Below are positions 11,215-21,590 of a stretch of 64,000 nt of DNA, piece after piece. Position 1 is the first letter of the stretch. Each line of letters opens with the position of its first letter. Source of the DNA: an uncultured Gammaproteobacteria bacterium (GTDB lineage: Bacteria; Pseudomonadota; Gammaproteobacteria; JAURND01); NCBI GenBank assembly GCA_963714975.1, contig CAVQQD010000003.1, forward strand, positions 768,001 through 832,000, read 5' to 3'. Below the pieces are notes generated by a model, which saw nothing but the letters and a program-made list of their open reading frames with translations, made no database searches and was not told the DNA's origin. Both the position numbers and the translations under genes were made by a program.

Positions 11215-13473
11215 GTGAGCAGAGTTAACGAAAACCTTGTGATTATATCAAATCGTCTTCCCATTACAGTCCAAAAAAAACCAGACGGGCAATTTAAAAT
11301 AGTGAAAAGTTCTGGAGGGCTGGTAGCTGGATTAGATGAAATTCATCGTCAAAAAAATACTTTGTGGGTAGGGCACAGTGGCCTGTGTAGGGATGAAGTA
11401 GCAAATTATTCGCAGTTAGAAGAACAATTAAAAAGTGAGCGTTTGTATCCGGTCGATTTAACAGCAACAGTGTATAATTCTTATTATGATGGTGCCTGTA
11501 ATAGTATTATTTGGCCGTTATTTCATTATCTGCCAGAATCGATGGATACCATTGCGGATGATTGGAAAAGTTATGAGGCAGTGAATCAGTCCTTTGCGGA
11601 AACTATATTAACCATTGTGAAACCAAATGACCAGGTTTGGATTCACGATTACCAACTCATGTTGTTGCCTGGCCTGTTACGTAAACAGCATCCCAATTTA
11701 TCGATTGCTTATTTTCATCATATCCCTTTTCCTTCCTCGGAAATTTTTCGCATCCTCCAATCTCGTGAAAGTATTCTGGATGGATTATTAGGAGCAGATA
11801 TCATTGGTTTTCATACCAGTGATTACGTTCGTCATTTTTTAATTAGTGTCACGCGAATTTTGGGCCTTCCTAATCATCTGGATGAGGTTCACTATCGGGG
11901 CCGTCGAGTGCGTATTGTGGCTCAGCCTTTGGGAGTGGACGTCAATATGATTCAAGCCCAAAGTGCAAAAAAGAGTGAGAAAACTGCAGTAAGTAAATTA
12001 GCCACGGAGATTGGTAATCGCACAGTATTGCTGGGCATCGATCGTCTTGATTATACCAAGGGAATTCCAGAGCGACTATTAGCTTTTCGCAGATTTTTAC
12101 AGCATTATCCAGATTATGTGGGGAAAGTTACCTTAATTCAAATTGCGGTGCCCTCACGGGCTCATGTAAAAAATTACTGTAAGTTACGTGCTGTCGTCGA
12201 ACGATTAGTAGGGCAAATTAATGGTGAATTCGCAGCTCCAGGTTATACACCGGTGCAATATCTTTATCGATCTTTTCCTAAAGAAGATATTATTGCTTTT
12301 TATCAATTAGCCAAAGTAGCTTTGATTACGCCATTACGTGATGGACTAAATTTAGTTTGCAAAGAATATGTTGCGGCACACGATGATGAAGACGGAGTTA
12401 TTATTCTCAGTGAAATGGCAGGTGCTGCTGCTGAAATGGGTGAGGCGTTGTTAGTGAATCCGTATGATATTGATAGTTTTGTGGAAGCCATGCATACGGC
12501 ATTAACTATGACTCAAGAAAAACGACAACAGCGAATGCGTCGCTTGCGACAAAAAGTCATACAAACTAATAATTTAAATTGGATGCGAAATTTTATCCAT
12601 TGTTGGCGTGAGGCAGTGACCCGCAACCATAAATATTCAATGAGTTTGACTAGTGAAATACAAACACAATTGTTAAGGCGTATCGCACTTGCTCAGCGTT
12701 GTTTTATATTTATTTCTTGTGATTTAAGCTCTGCTTTTCCTCTGGACCTAAATCTATTAGAGGTATTGAGTCAAAACCAGAAAATCGAATTAGTTTTAAT
12801 GACCAGGCAAGAACGAAAATATTTTTCTGCATTTGAACAATTGCCAGTGCATTTGGTGGCTGATCATGGAGCATTCATCAAGCTTAAGCAGCAAGCTTGG
12901 GAAACCCAGGCAGGAGTTGAGGAATTTGTAGCGTTGGAGGCCGATATCATTCGCTTATTAGAAGGCTATACTCAACACGTACTTGGGTCCTATATCGAGT
13001 GCAAAGAATTTTCAATTAGATGGCATTATGGACAAGCTGATGTCACTTTTGCGTGCAGCCAAGCCCGCGAGTTGTGTACTAGTTTGGGACAATTATTAGA
13101 AAATACCCATTTCTCAGTTTATTTAAATGATGGATTTTTAGAAATTCGCCATATTGTAGCGAACAAAGGACATGCTATTGAACAAATTTTGAAAAATTTA
13201 CAATGGAAAGCGGAAGAGGTGTTGATCACGATTGGTGGTAATGAAGATGATGAGGAAATGTATCAGATTTTTCCAGAAAACAATTGGGCGATTCATATTG
13301 GCGCTCCTAATCTTTCCGCAAAATATCAGCTCGCTACTGCCAATCAATTGAATGATTTGCTTAAAGATATTGTTAAAGAGCAAAAAATAACTGTGGAGCT
13401 TCGTCGTCCTGGCATGGATGCCAGGATCCCGGTGACAATGACAGTCACAGAGGATTCGCTCCTCGATCCATAG
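11215..13473 (+). CDS. otsA: Trehalose-6-phosphate synthase fused to a degenerate phosphatase domain
   Basis: SNRLP, WIHDYQL, DRLDYTKG, DGLNLVCKEY; C-terminal TPP-like domain (WHY, NKG) lacks DxDGT. Confidence 0.9.
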   Translation: MSRVNENLVIISNRLPITVQKKPDGQFKIVKSSGGLVAGLDEIHRQKNTLWVGHSGLCRDEVANYSQLEEQLKSERLYPVDLTATVYNSYYDGACNSIIWPLFHYLPESMDTIADDWKSYEAVNQSFAETILTIVKPNDQVWIHDYQLMLLPGLLRKQHPNLSIAYFHHIPFPSSEIFRILQSRESILDGLLGADIIGFHTSDYVRHFLISVTRILGLPNHLDEVHYRGRRVRIVAQPLGVDVNMIQAQSAKKSEKTAVSKLATEIGNRTVLLGIDRLDYTKGIPERLLAFRRFLQHYPDYVGKVTLIQIAVPSRAHVKNYCKLRAVVERLVGQINGEFAAPGYTPVQYLYRSFPKEDIIAFYQLAKVALITPLRDGLNLVCKEYVAAHDDEDGVIILSEMAGAAAEMGEALLVNPYDIDSFVEAMHTALTMTQEKRQQRMRRLRQKVIQTNNLNWMRNFIHCWREAVTRNHKYSMSLTSEIQTQLLRRIALAQRCFIFISCDLSSAFPLDLNLLEVLSQNQKIELVLMTRQERKYFSAFEQLPVHLVADHGAFIKLKQQAWETQAGVEEFVALEADIIRLLEGYTQHVLGSYIECKEFSIRWHYGQADVTFACSQARELCTSLGQLLENTHFSVYLNDGFLEIRHIVANKGHAIEQILKNLQWKAEEVLITIGGNEDDEEMYQIFPENNWAIHIGAPNLSAKYQLATANQLNDLLKDIVKEQKITVELRRPGMDARIPVTMTVTEDSLLDP
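13401..13447. repeat. Palindromic element in the 3' end of the trehalose synthase gene
   Basis: cgtcgtcctggcatggatgccaggatccc, same family as 34732 and 36506; encodes RRPGMDARIP. Confidence 0.75.
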
Positions 13474-15274
13474 TGTGTTGTAAAGTAAGTGCTGCAATGG
13501 TGAAAGACAAATGAGTCAGCCCTTGAGGGAAATTTCCTAACATGGCTTTATTTTTAGTGTCATATTCTTCAGAAAAAAGTCCCAAATGATTACTTGTTGC
13601 AATGGCACGTTCGAAAATTTCTTGTGCTTCCTGTAGGCGATTTTGCCGGAGTAATACAGTCACCAGCCAAAAAGAACATGGGATAAAAACTCCTTCCTCA
13701 CCTTCTAAGCCATCGGTGTCTTTCGGATAACGTAATAACAATCCATCTACCTGTAGATCTTGCCAAATAGCTTCGGTAGTTCGAATCATCCTTTCATCTT
13801 TAAAGTCAACAAATTCAGTTAATGGCAACAATAAGAGAGAGGCATCCATGTAGGGCACCCCAAATGCTTGAGTAAAAACGCCGCGTTTCTGGTCGTAGCC
13901 TTTTTCCTCAATGGTGGCACGAATCATGTCTTTAGCTTTTTTCCAAGTATCGATAGGAGCATCGTTAAAGCCTAATTTTTCAGCTAATTTAATTCCACGC
14001 TCTAACGTGAGCCAACACATTGCTTTAGAAAGCACAAAATGACGTGGCTGATCACGGACTTCCCAAATTCCATGATCGGGTAGGCACCAAGATTTAGTAA
14101 CGAAATTGGCAATCTCGACTAAGAAAGACCAGTAGTCTTCATTGATGATAAAGCCCTGTTGGTGCCAGTTCCAGGTTAAGTCTAATAATTCGCCATACAA
14201 ATCGAATTGCAATTGCTTGACCGCGGCGTTACCAATTCTTACTGGTTTGGCGTCAAAGTAACCGCTTAAATCTTCTAGTATATATTCATTAATTCTGGCT
14301 TCGCCTGCAACACCAAATAAGATTTGTAGACCTTCCATACTGCTATGGCAGCTCCTAATGACAAATCGGCTGAAACCTTCAGCTTCTTTGGTGAAGCCTA
14401 GGCGGGTTAAACAGCGAACGGTGAAATAAGAATCACGTATCCAAGAATAGCGATAATCCCAGTTGCGACTGCCATGAGGCGCTTCAGGTAAAGAAGTTGT
14501 TGCCGCCGCAGCTATGGCTCCGGTGGGGGCATTAGACAGTGATTTGAGCACTAAGGCTGAGCGGGCTATTAAATCCGCATAAGGTTCTTTGATGGTTCCT
14601 TGCGCAAACCAATTGAACCACCATTGTTCTGTTTGTTGTAGGCGCCAGTCCAACTCGTCGACAGAAGGAACTTCTATGCTGGCTTCATCTAAGTATTCAG
14701 GCCTGCGGTAAATAATGGAGAGAAAAATTTTTCTTTTTTTGCTGATTTGAAATTCGGAAGAAATTTCATGAGGGTTTTTTAAGTTGAGTGGCATATTGCC
14801 GGAGATCAGCAAACCGTTGTTACTGCCCAGCGCAATGTAAGAGCTGCGTTTGTAACGACGAATCCAAGGTTTTACTGCGGCATAATCAAAGCAAGGTATT
14901 AGATCGAGTCGAAATCTTATATTTCCTGAAGTAACTTCCAAAACGCGAATTATTTGTTGGTAAGGTTTGTGCTGGCCCCCTTTGCGCATCGTAAAAAAAT
15001 CGGTCAAAAGCGCTTCGCCAGTCTTAGTCTGAAACAATGTCTCTAAGATCATGGTTCGTTCACGGTAGCGCTGCGATGACTTAAAACGTCCGATAGGGCG
15101 GATTTGGCAATGGCCCCCATTTTCCCAATCGAGCAATCTACCAAAGCAACTTGCCGAATCAATTCTGGGCATACAGCACCAGTCAATGGATCCATATTTG
15201 GAAATTAAGGCAGAAGAATGACAATCACTGATATAACCATAATCACTAATTGGCACATTAGTTTTGGTAGGCAT
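13445..15274 (-). CDS. Glycoside hydrolase family 15 (probable trehalase)
   Basis: GAIAAAATTSLPE, NWDYRYSWIRD, GIWEVR, GLFSEEYD, GNFPQ; adjacent to trehalose synthase. Confidence 0.9.
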   Translation of the reverse strand: MPTKTNVPISDYGYISDCHSSALISKYGSIDWCCMPRIDSASCFGRLLDWENGGHCQIRPIGRFKSSQRYRERTMILETLFQTKTGEALLTDFFTMRKGGQHKPYQQIIRVLEVTSGNIRFRLDLIPCFDYAAVKPWIRRYKRSSYIALGSNNGLLISGNMPLNLKNPHEISSEFQISKKRKIFLSIIYRRPEYLDEASIEVPSVDELDWRLQQTEQWWFNWFAQGTIKEPYADLIARSALVLKSLSNAPTGAIAAAATTSLPEAPHGSRNWDYRYSWIRDSYFTVRCLTRLGFTKEAEGFSRFVIRSCHSSMEGLQILFGVAGEARINEYILEDLSGYFDAKPVRIGNAAVKQLQFDLYGELLDLTWNWHQQGFIINEDYWSFLVEIANFVTKSWCLPDHGIWEVRDQPRHFVLSKAMCWLTLERGIKLAEKLGFNDAPIDTWKKAKDMIRATIEEKGYDQKRGVFTQAFGVPYMDASLLLLPLTEFVDFKDERMIRTTEAIWQDLQVDGLLLRYPKDTDGLEGEEGVFIPCSFWLVTVLLRQNRLQEAQEIFERAIATSNHLGLFSEEYDTKNKAMLGNFPQGLTHLSFTIAALTLQHTMDRGANPL

Positions 15275-15353
15275 TTTGTTCCTTCGTTCCCTGAAGTTTG
15301 CGGAAATAAATTCCCCTTATGCAAATCCCCATTCCATCCTGAGGATGGCCGGT

Positions 15354-15430
15354 CCGCTTGTCCTGAGGAGCGAAGCGTCTCGAAAGGACGGCTGCTTCCT
15401 TCGTGACGCTTCGCTCCTCAGGACGAACGG
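15354..15430. repeat. Intergenic palindromic element
   Basis: gtcctgaggagcgaagcgtctcgaa ... ttcgtgacgcttcgctcctcaggac; one arm recurs at about 36018. Confidence 0.85.
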
Positions 15431-15440
15431 GGAAGAGGGG

Positions 15441-15857
15441 TTATTCGCATTTACTATTGCAAGATTTAACGCATTGCCATAGAGCAATATGAGCGCCCGT
15501 AGGGTCAGTAAGGATAGCAAATCGTCCAAGGTCTCCTATATCGGTGCTAGGAACTTTCACGGTGGCACCTAGGGATGTTGCTTTAGTAAGCGTTTCATCG
15601 ATATTGTCTACACTAACATAGCTCATCCAGTGCGGAGGAATTTGCCCTTGTTTGTCTGCGGGAGTTTCTATAATACCGCCGCAATCACCACTAGGGGTTT
15701 TAATCATGGTATATTTTTGATTATTTTCACTACATGTTTCACTCTCTCGATACTCCCAATTAAATAAAGCTTGGTAAAAAGATTTTGCTTTTTCCACGTC
15801 AGGTGTCATTAATTCATTCCAGCAAAAATCTCCGTGCTTTGATGGGTTTTTACTCAT
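15441..15857 (-). CDS. VOC (glyoxalase/bleomycin resistance) family protein
   Basis: FCWNELMTPD, PPHWMSYV, GRFAILTDPTGA. Confidence 0.88.
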   Translation of the reverse strand: MSKNPSKHGDFCWNELMTPDVEKAKSFYQALFNWEYRESETCSENNQKYTMIKTPSGDCGGIIETPADKQGQIPPHWMSYVSVDNIDETLTKATSLGATVKVPSTDIGDLGRFAILTDPTGAHIALWQCVKSCNSKCE

Positions 15858-15946
15858 AAGTTTTTCTCCTATTGGGTTGTCTAAAAAAAATGCTTCTGAT
15901 TATGGCATAGTGTATTAACTAGTGAAACTCTTTCATAACTATCACA

Positions 15947-16010
15947 CCGTCATCCTGGATAATCTGGACAATCCCGCGATCAAGTCGCCAAAGCGGGTCG
16001 CTGATGTGGG
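15947..16010. repeat. Degenerate palindromic element downstream of rimK
   Basis: ggacaatcccgcgatcaagtcg is shared exactly with the insert in lpxK. Confidence 0.65.
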
Positions 16011-16013
16011 TAG

Positions 16014-16922
16014 TTATGAATGCACAATTTCAAATTTTGATTTTGAAGGTTTGGCATTTTTTTCGATAAATTCAATAATTGCTCCCGCGACATCGAGGCC
16101 AGTAGTTTTTTCAATACCTTCAAGTCCAGGGGATGAGTTGACTTCAATAATTAGAGGTCCGCGTTCAGAACGCAGCATGTCTACCCCAGCGACATTTAAG
16201 CCAACAAAATTTGCAGCTAAAATGGCAGTTTTTTCTTCTTGTGAGGTTAGTTCAATATTATTGCTACTGCCACCGCGGTGAATATTAGACCTAAAATCTC
16301 CAGGTTTTGCTCGACGTTCCATAGCAGCCACTACTTTGCCTCCAATCACTAAGCAGCGTAAATCGGCTCCTTTAGATTCTTTAATATATTCCTGGACCAT
16401 GATATTGACTTTCAGGCCCAAAAAAGCTTCGATTACGCTTTCAGCGGCTTTACCCGTCTCTGCTAAAACCACCCCAATACCTTGGGTCCCTTCTAATAAT
16501 TTAATTACCAAGGGTGGCCCCCCCACCATTTTTATTAAGTCATTGATATCTCCAGGAGAATGGGAGAAACCCGTGATCGGTAAGCCTAACCCTTTACTAG
16601 ATAAGAGTTGCAGGCAGCGTAATTTGTCGCGTGAACGAATTATTGGCATAGATCGATTCACACAATAAACTCCCATCATTTCAAATTGACGTACTAAAGC
16701 AGTGCCATAGAAAGTAATTGAAGCACCAATACGAGGGATCACTGCATCAAATCGCGGCAAAGCTTCACCTCGATAGTGAATGGTAGGATGATGAGAGGCA
16801 ATATTCATATAGCAACGCAGCGGATTTACTAAGTGAACCTCATGATTTCGTTGACTGGCAGCAGTTACTAGGCGGCGTGTCGAGTGAAGCTTTGGATTGC
16901 GGGTTAATATCGCTATTTTCAT
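16014..16922 (-). CDS. rimK: RimK-family ATP-grasp alpha-L-glutamate ligase
   Basis: [44 protein letters not shown]. Confidence 0.96.
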   Translation of the reverse strand: MKIAILTRNPKLHSTRRLVTAASQRNHEVHLVNPLRCYMNIASHHPTIHYRGEALPRFDAVIPRIGASITFYGTALVRQFEMMGVYCVNRSMPIIRSRDKLRCLQLLSSKGLGLPITGFSHSPGDINDLIKMVGGPPLVIKLLEGTQGIGVVLAETGKAAESVIEAFLGLKVNIMVQEYIKESKGADLRCLVIGGKVVAAMERRAKPGDFRSNIHRGGSSNNIELTSQEEKTAILAANFVGLNVAGVDMLRSERGPLIIEVNSSPGLEGIEKTTGLDVAGAIIEFIEKNAKPSKSKFEIVHS

Positions 16923-16945
16923 AATGAATCTCAGCCAAATTTAAG

Positions 16946-17416
16946 TTAAGTCGACGCAGGAGTTGTTACTAAATAAGATAAGGCGGGATTGACGATCACA
17001 CGCTTCCTCATCGCCGTGCGGCCTAGCAACATGCGAAAATGCATGGTGTCGCGATTAGTTAAAGTCACTTCAATTGGCCAGGAATCTGCACCTATCTGTA
17101 TTAGTGTTTTAATCACATAGCGCCGCTCACGATGTCCCCCGGAGTCGGTTACCCAGCGGATATCTTCAACTTGGGTGACACATTCTACGACTACATCGCT
17201 ACGGCGTTGCAAAGGGTGGATTTTAAAACGAATATAGTGCCTTCCATGTTTTTTAAACGATTTTATTCCAAAGGCGTGAAGCGCTGAAGTTCGAGCGCCG
17301 CTATCTACCTTGACCTTGATGTGATTGATGCCTAAGTTGGGTAATGCCACCCATTCCCGCCATCCTACAGTCATTTGTGATTTTTGAACATTACGTAGTA
17401 GCTTCTTTTCCTTCAT
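16946..17416 (-). CDS. RimK-associated retropepsin-like putative protease
   Basis: GWREWV, KVDSGARTSALHA, MLLGRTAM; directly upstream of rimK. Confidence 0.9.
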   Translation of the reverse strand: MKEKKLLRNVQKSQMTVGWREWVALPNLGINHIKVKVDSGARTSALHAFGIKSFKKHGRHYIRFKIHPLQRRSDVVVECVTQVEDIRWVTDSGGHRERRYVIKTLIQIGADSWPIEVTLTNRDTMHFRMLLGRTAMRKRVIVNPALSYLVTTPAST

Positions 17417-17520
17417 TTCTAATCGGTCCTTTTCGATAGGTCGGCGAAGTGTAGCATAGGCAAGGGCAGAAATTCATCTTGACCGTAACTTCCCAGCCAA
17501 GTACTATTTCGGCTGGCCAT

Positions 17521-17596
<76 letters not shown>

Positions 17597-18048
17597 ATGG
17601 AAATCCATTTCAAATCAAGCAGTTATATCGAACTATCCCCTTTCGTTTTGTCTAACACAAAAACCGCTTGCGCGACTTTGCTTTCTGGCTCAAATACCAC
17701 CATTCAAAAATTGCTGAAGTGCAGTAATTTGAGTATGTAATTGCCCAGTACTCACCTTAGAATCTTCAAGTAAAGTGCTTTGAATTACGTGGCGTCGTGC
17801 CATAGTTAAAGCAGGCGCACCATTTTTGGTGCAGACTTTATTTGCCGCTGCAATTAAATTATTAATTTAATAATTCCAATCCACAAGAAGTCAAGTCTAC
17901 GCTTTAAAAATTTTTAAAAAAATTAGAATAAGTGATTTATTTTTCTTATTAATTGGGTTATCATTTCTTTAAATTAAATTGAACCTTTTAGAGATGCAAG
18001 CATACTCAAAGTAACTCAAGCCAGTAATATCAAAATAGGGGGAAACTT

Positions 18049-18807
18049 ATGGAAGATAAAAAAAGCAATTTGAAGCAGCGAAGCACGGCTAGTCTATTGC
18101 AGGAGGTATCGTCAAATATAGAGTACCAAAATAATGAAATTATCAGAGAATTATTCGAGAGAAAATTTGAAACTACAGAACAAGCCAAACAAATAATCAA
18201 CGTAGCTGAGAAACTTGCCATGAGGGGTAATATGGAGGCCCAATTCCAATTGGGATGCTGCTATGGAGCCGGAAAATGGGTTAAGTATGACTCCGAAAAA
18301 ATGATGAAATTCTATAAATTAGCTGCTGATCAAGGTTTAGTAGAAGCGCAATTCAGCTGGGCCTACAACCAATGCCACTTCTGCTTACTCCCCGAGATAG
18401 AAAACCAAAAAGAAGGGTTGAGGATGTATCTGCTTGCTGCTCTACAAGGTCATGTAAAAGCAAAGGAGAATCTATTTTATTTGTGGAAGTTCCCTAAAAA
18501 TACTGATACAGCCTATGAGTTAGGAGTACAATTTGTTCTGGAAAAAATACATTCCACGAGTGAACAACACAAGCAATTACTAGAAAATCAATTGCGGCTT
18601 TTAAAAGAAAATTTTGATCCCCATCTTGGAAATAAAAAAATCGCAACCTTCGAAGAAGAAACAAACGCAAGTTTGTTCCAACAAAAGAATACTTTTTTTA
18701 ATAGTCAACAAGCTACAGAAGAAAAGAAGCCCATTAATCAGTCTATGGGAGGGAAAGTTAAAGAAAAAGAACTGATTGTCCCAAAGTGTTTTGGTCCGCC
18801 ACCTTAG
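18049..18807 (+). CDS. Sel1-like repeat protein (effector-like)
   Basis: GNMEAQFQLGCCY, YKLAADQGLVEAQF, AALQGHVKA. Confidence 0.85.
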   Translation: MEDKKSNLKQRSTASLLQEVSSNIEYQNNEIIRELFERKFETTEQAKQIINVAEKLAMRGNMEAQFQLGCCYGAGKWVKYDSEKMMKFYKLAADQGLVEAQFSWAYNQCHFCLLPEIENQKEGLRMYLLAALQGHVKAKENLFYLWKFPKNTDTAYELGVQFVLEKIHSTSEQHKQLLENQLRLLKENFDPHLGNKKIATFEEETNASLFQQKNTFFNSQQATEEKKPINQSMGGKVKEKELIVPKCFGPPP

Positions 18808-19082
18808 CTGAAAGTTAAGAAAATACGATACTTCAAGATGCTAAAAAGACAGTATCTTGAAGTGCAATGGGTATATACTGAGCTGCGCCACGAAAAAATC
18901 ACACCCCATTTAAATGGATTTAAACGACTGAAAGCTGTTAATGTGCTCATATAAACTCTCAGCCAATGCGCATTGATTTTTTTCATATTCTTCGTAGCGC
19001 TGATTAATCTCTGCATGTTGATCTAATAGTAATTCTGCCGCGCCGTTAATAACTGGAACAAGCGCAAGCATTATTAAATGAT

Positions 19083-19199
19083 GCTTGCCCACTCAATGCT
19101 CCTGCCCGTGCTGACCTGCGGCGTGATTTTTTACAACAATTAGCAGAATATAAAAAAGCTGACCCTGATAAGCCGCCCACCTCAGCAAGCGTTACAAAA
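19083..19199 (+). repeat. Inverted copy of the WD40 gene 3' region (19495-19619)
   Basis: gcttgcccactcaatgctcctgcccgtgctgacctgcggcgtgatttttt... matches the reverse complement of 19495-19619 with a 9-bp deletion. Confidence 0.85.
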
Positions 19200-19400
19200 G
19201 CGCGCTATTCAAGTGAGTTCATCAGTAACAACAACTACTACGAGTCGATTAATTTCCCCACAAGCTAAGTGATAATAGTGATCTCGATCTGACGCGCAGC
19301 ACGCGGACATTATAAATCATTGATTCAGATACAAAAATTCACGAGAATTCGTCACGAATTCCACGTGACGGTCTCGATTTTAAGGCAATCCCTTGGGATA

Positions 19401-21590
19401 TTAGGTTGACGAAGACGAATAGGTTGTGGAGCTCGAGGAGGCGACCTGTGACAAGCTACTCTGTCCTTGAATATCACGCAAGAGTTGCATCATATTTTGC
19501 AACGCTTGCTGCTGTGCTGATGTGGGTGGTTTAGCAGGGTCCGCTTTTTTATATTCTGCTAATTGTTTCAAAAAATCACGCCGCAGGTCAGCGCGGGCAG
19601 GAGCATTGGGTGGGCAAGCGGTATTGAGTAGTTCTTGGGCTTGTTTCAATAATGCACCGGTGGTGAGTAAGGGAGTCTTCATGCTCGGAGGAGATTTTTG
19701 CTCTGATTGCGGGGCAGAAAAAAATTGTGGATAGGCAGTAATAGGTGGTTGGGATTTTTGGCTGGAGCTTGGTGCAGAAGCAAGCCAAGGCCTAGGTGTT
19801 GTGAACGAAAATAATCCTCGCTTAGCAGTGGATCCCACAGATTTATTGTCTTTAGGCTGAGACGATGGAAGAGAGGGTTGTTTTAATTGAGTAGTTGATG
19901 ATTGAGGTAAATTCAATGGAGCTGTACGAGAGGGTAGAGTAGCACGACGTGCTTTTGCGGAGGAAGATACCTTGGATTCTGTTTGAGGCGATACTGTTTC
20001 ACTCACTTGAACTGATAATGATAAATCCTCCGAATTGACCTTAGTTTGTGCAATGTTTTGCGTTTCTTGAACCAGGGTAGTGCTGGGTTGTGCTCTTTTT
20101 TCTTCAGGAGGTTCCACCAAAACCTCTTTCACATTCGCCCCATAGAGCTCCAATAAGCGTTTACTCTGGCTGTCCATACGGCAGCCCTGTAACTCTACCC
20201 CTTGAACCAGCAAGGGCATGGCCGAATGGGATGGCATTCCCACAAAACGCACTGAAGTATCTTTTCGAGAGACGGCCCAAAGACTGATAGTGCCTGCCCC
20301 ATCACCGAAGGCTAAGCCGTCTTCATCAAGACGCAAGGAATTGAGAATATCTTCGTCGTTCTGAGCCAAAAAATGAGCGGTAGTCACGGCGACCGTGAAA
20401 ATAGCTTGATGCCAAGAGATCACCCCTAAACTGCGACCACTCTTGATCTCCCACAGACGCACGGTTTTATCATCGCTACCGGAGGCCAGCCAGTGGCCCT
20501 TGAGGTTGAAGGCGACACTTTTCACCGCCATCGAATGCCCTCTGAGCTCACTCATCGGCTTTTGAGTGGTGGTATCCCACAGGCGCACGGTTTTATCAGA
20601 GCTTCCCGAGGCTAGCCAGCGGCCATCTGGGCTGAAAGCGACACTATGCACTACATTCGAATGCCCAGTGAGCAAACCTGCGGGCTTTTGGGTGGTCACG
20701 TCCCACAACCGCACGGTGTTATTCCAACTGCCACCGGACGCTAACCAGCTGCCATTGGGGCTGAAGGCGACACTGTTCACCGAATATGAATGTCCGGTGA
20801 GCTTGTCCAGGAATTTTTGTGTGGTGACTTCCCACAGGCGCACGGTATTGTCCTCGCTGCCGGAGGCGAGCCAACGTCCGTCTGGACTAAAGGCGACACT
20901 TTCCACTTTTCCTGAATGCCCGGTGAGCGGTTGGCCTACTAGCTTTTGCTCAGTCACGTCCCACAGACGTACGGTATGATCAAGACTGCCGGAGGCGAGC
21001 CAACGGCCATCAAAGCTGAAGGCAACACTCAGCACGAAACTCGAATGCCCTTTGAGTTGGCCTATTGGCTTTTGCTCAGTCACGTCCCACAGGCGCACGG
21101 TGTTATCCCAACTGCCGGAGGCGAGCCAACGTCCGTCTGGACTGAAGGCGACACTACTCACGTCTTTTGAGTGCCCGGTGAGTGGCTGGCCGATGGGTTG
21201 GCCGGTGCTATTGTCTTGGAACATAATCGTGTTTCCTTGCGAGACCGCCAACCAGGGTTTGCTGGAGTGCCAGGCAATAGCCGAAGCTGCTTCAGCCAAC
21301 GGCAACCAGGGTCGCTCCCCCCAGTCGGCTTCCCGTAGATCAGCGCCCTTAAGATTAGCGTGATAGAGGATGGTGTGGCGCAGGGTAGCGCCGCGCAGGT
21401 TGGCCTCTCGCAAATCAGTATGCGCCAGAAACCCGTAGCTAAAATCTGCACCCGGGAGTTGCGCGCCACGCCAATCGCGCCCGCTAAAGTTGATCTGGCA
21501 GGCATTGAGTACCGTCGCGGCATTAGCAGAGGCAGTCGCTAAGCTGGTCTCTTTCTTGCTGCGATCAATCAGGGCGAACAGGGCTTGTAG
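19401..21590 (-). CDS. Pentapeptide-repeat plus WD40-repeat C-terminal part of an NLR-like protein
   Basis: Frame open upstream of 21413 (ALIDRSKK..ASANAATVLN..GADFSYG); about six GHS..V.SVAFSPDG.WLASGS.D.TVRLWD repeats; S/P-rich tail. Confidence 0.88.
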   Translation of the reverse strand, partial: LQALFALIDRSKKETSLATASANAATVLNACQINFSGRDWRGAQLPGADFSYGFLAHTDLREANLRGATLRHTILYHANLKGADLREADWGERPWLPLAEAASAIAWHSSKPWLAVSQGNTIMFQDNSTGQPIGQPLTGHSKDVSSVAFSPDGRWLASGSWDNTVRLWDVTEQKPIGQLKGHSSFVLSVAFSFDGRWLASGSLDHTVRLWDVTEQKLVGQPLTGHSGKVESVAFSPDGRWLASGSEDNTVRLWEVTTQKFLDKLTGHSYSVNSVAFSPNGSWLASGGSWNNTVRLWDVTTQKPAGLLTGHSNVVHSVAFSPDGRWLASGSSDKTVRLWDTTTQKPMSELRGHSMAVKSVAFNLKGHWLASGSDDKTVRLWEIKSGRSLGVISWHQAIFTVAVTTAHFLAQNDEDILNSLRLDEDGLAFGDGAGTISLWAVSRKDTSVRFVGMPSHSAMPLLVQGVELQGCRMDSQSKRLLELYGANVKEVLVEPPEEKRAQPSTTLVQETQNIAQTKVNSEDLSLSVQVSETVSPQTESKVSSSAKARRATLPSRTAPLNLPQSSTTQLKQPSLPSSQPKDNKSVGSTAKRGLFSFTTPRPWLASAPSSSQKSQPPITAYPQFFSAPQSEQKSPPSMKTPLLTTGALLKQAQELLNTACPPNAPARADLRRDFLKQLAEYKKADPAKPPTSAQQQALQNMMQLLRDIQGQSSLSQVASSSSTTYSSSST

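Noticed and set aside
15218-15529. Short overlapping ORFs (LRSEASRRK...)
   Set aside because: Translations of the palindromic element or antisense to real genes
20440-21200. Regular ~126-bp repeats as a possible CRISPR or DNA array
   Set aside because: They are WD40 coding repeats with no unique spacers
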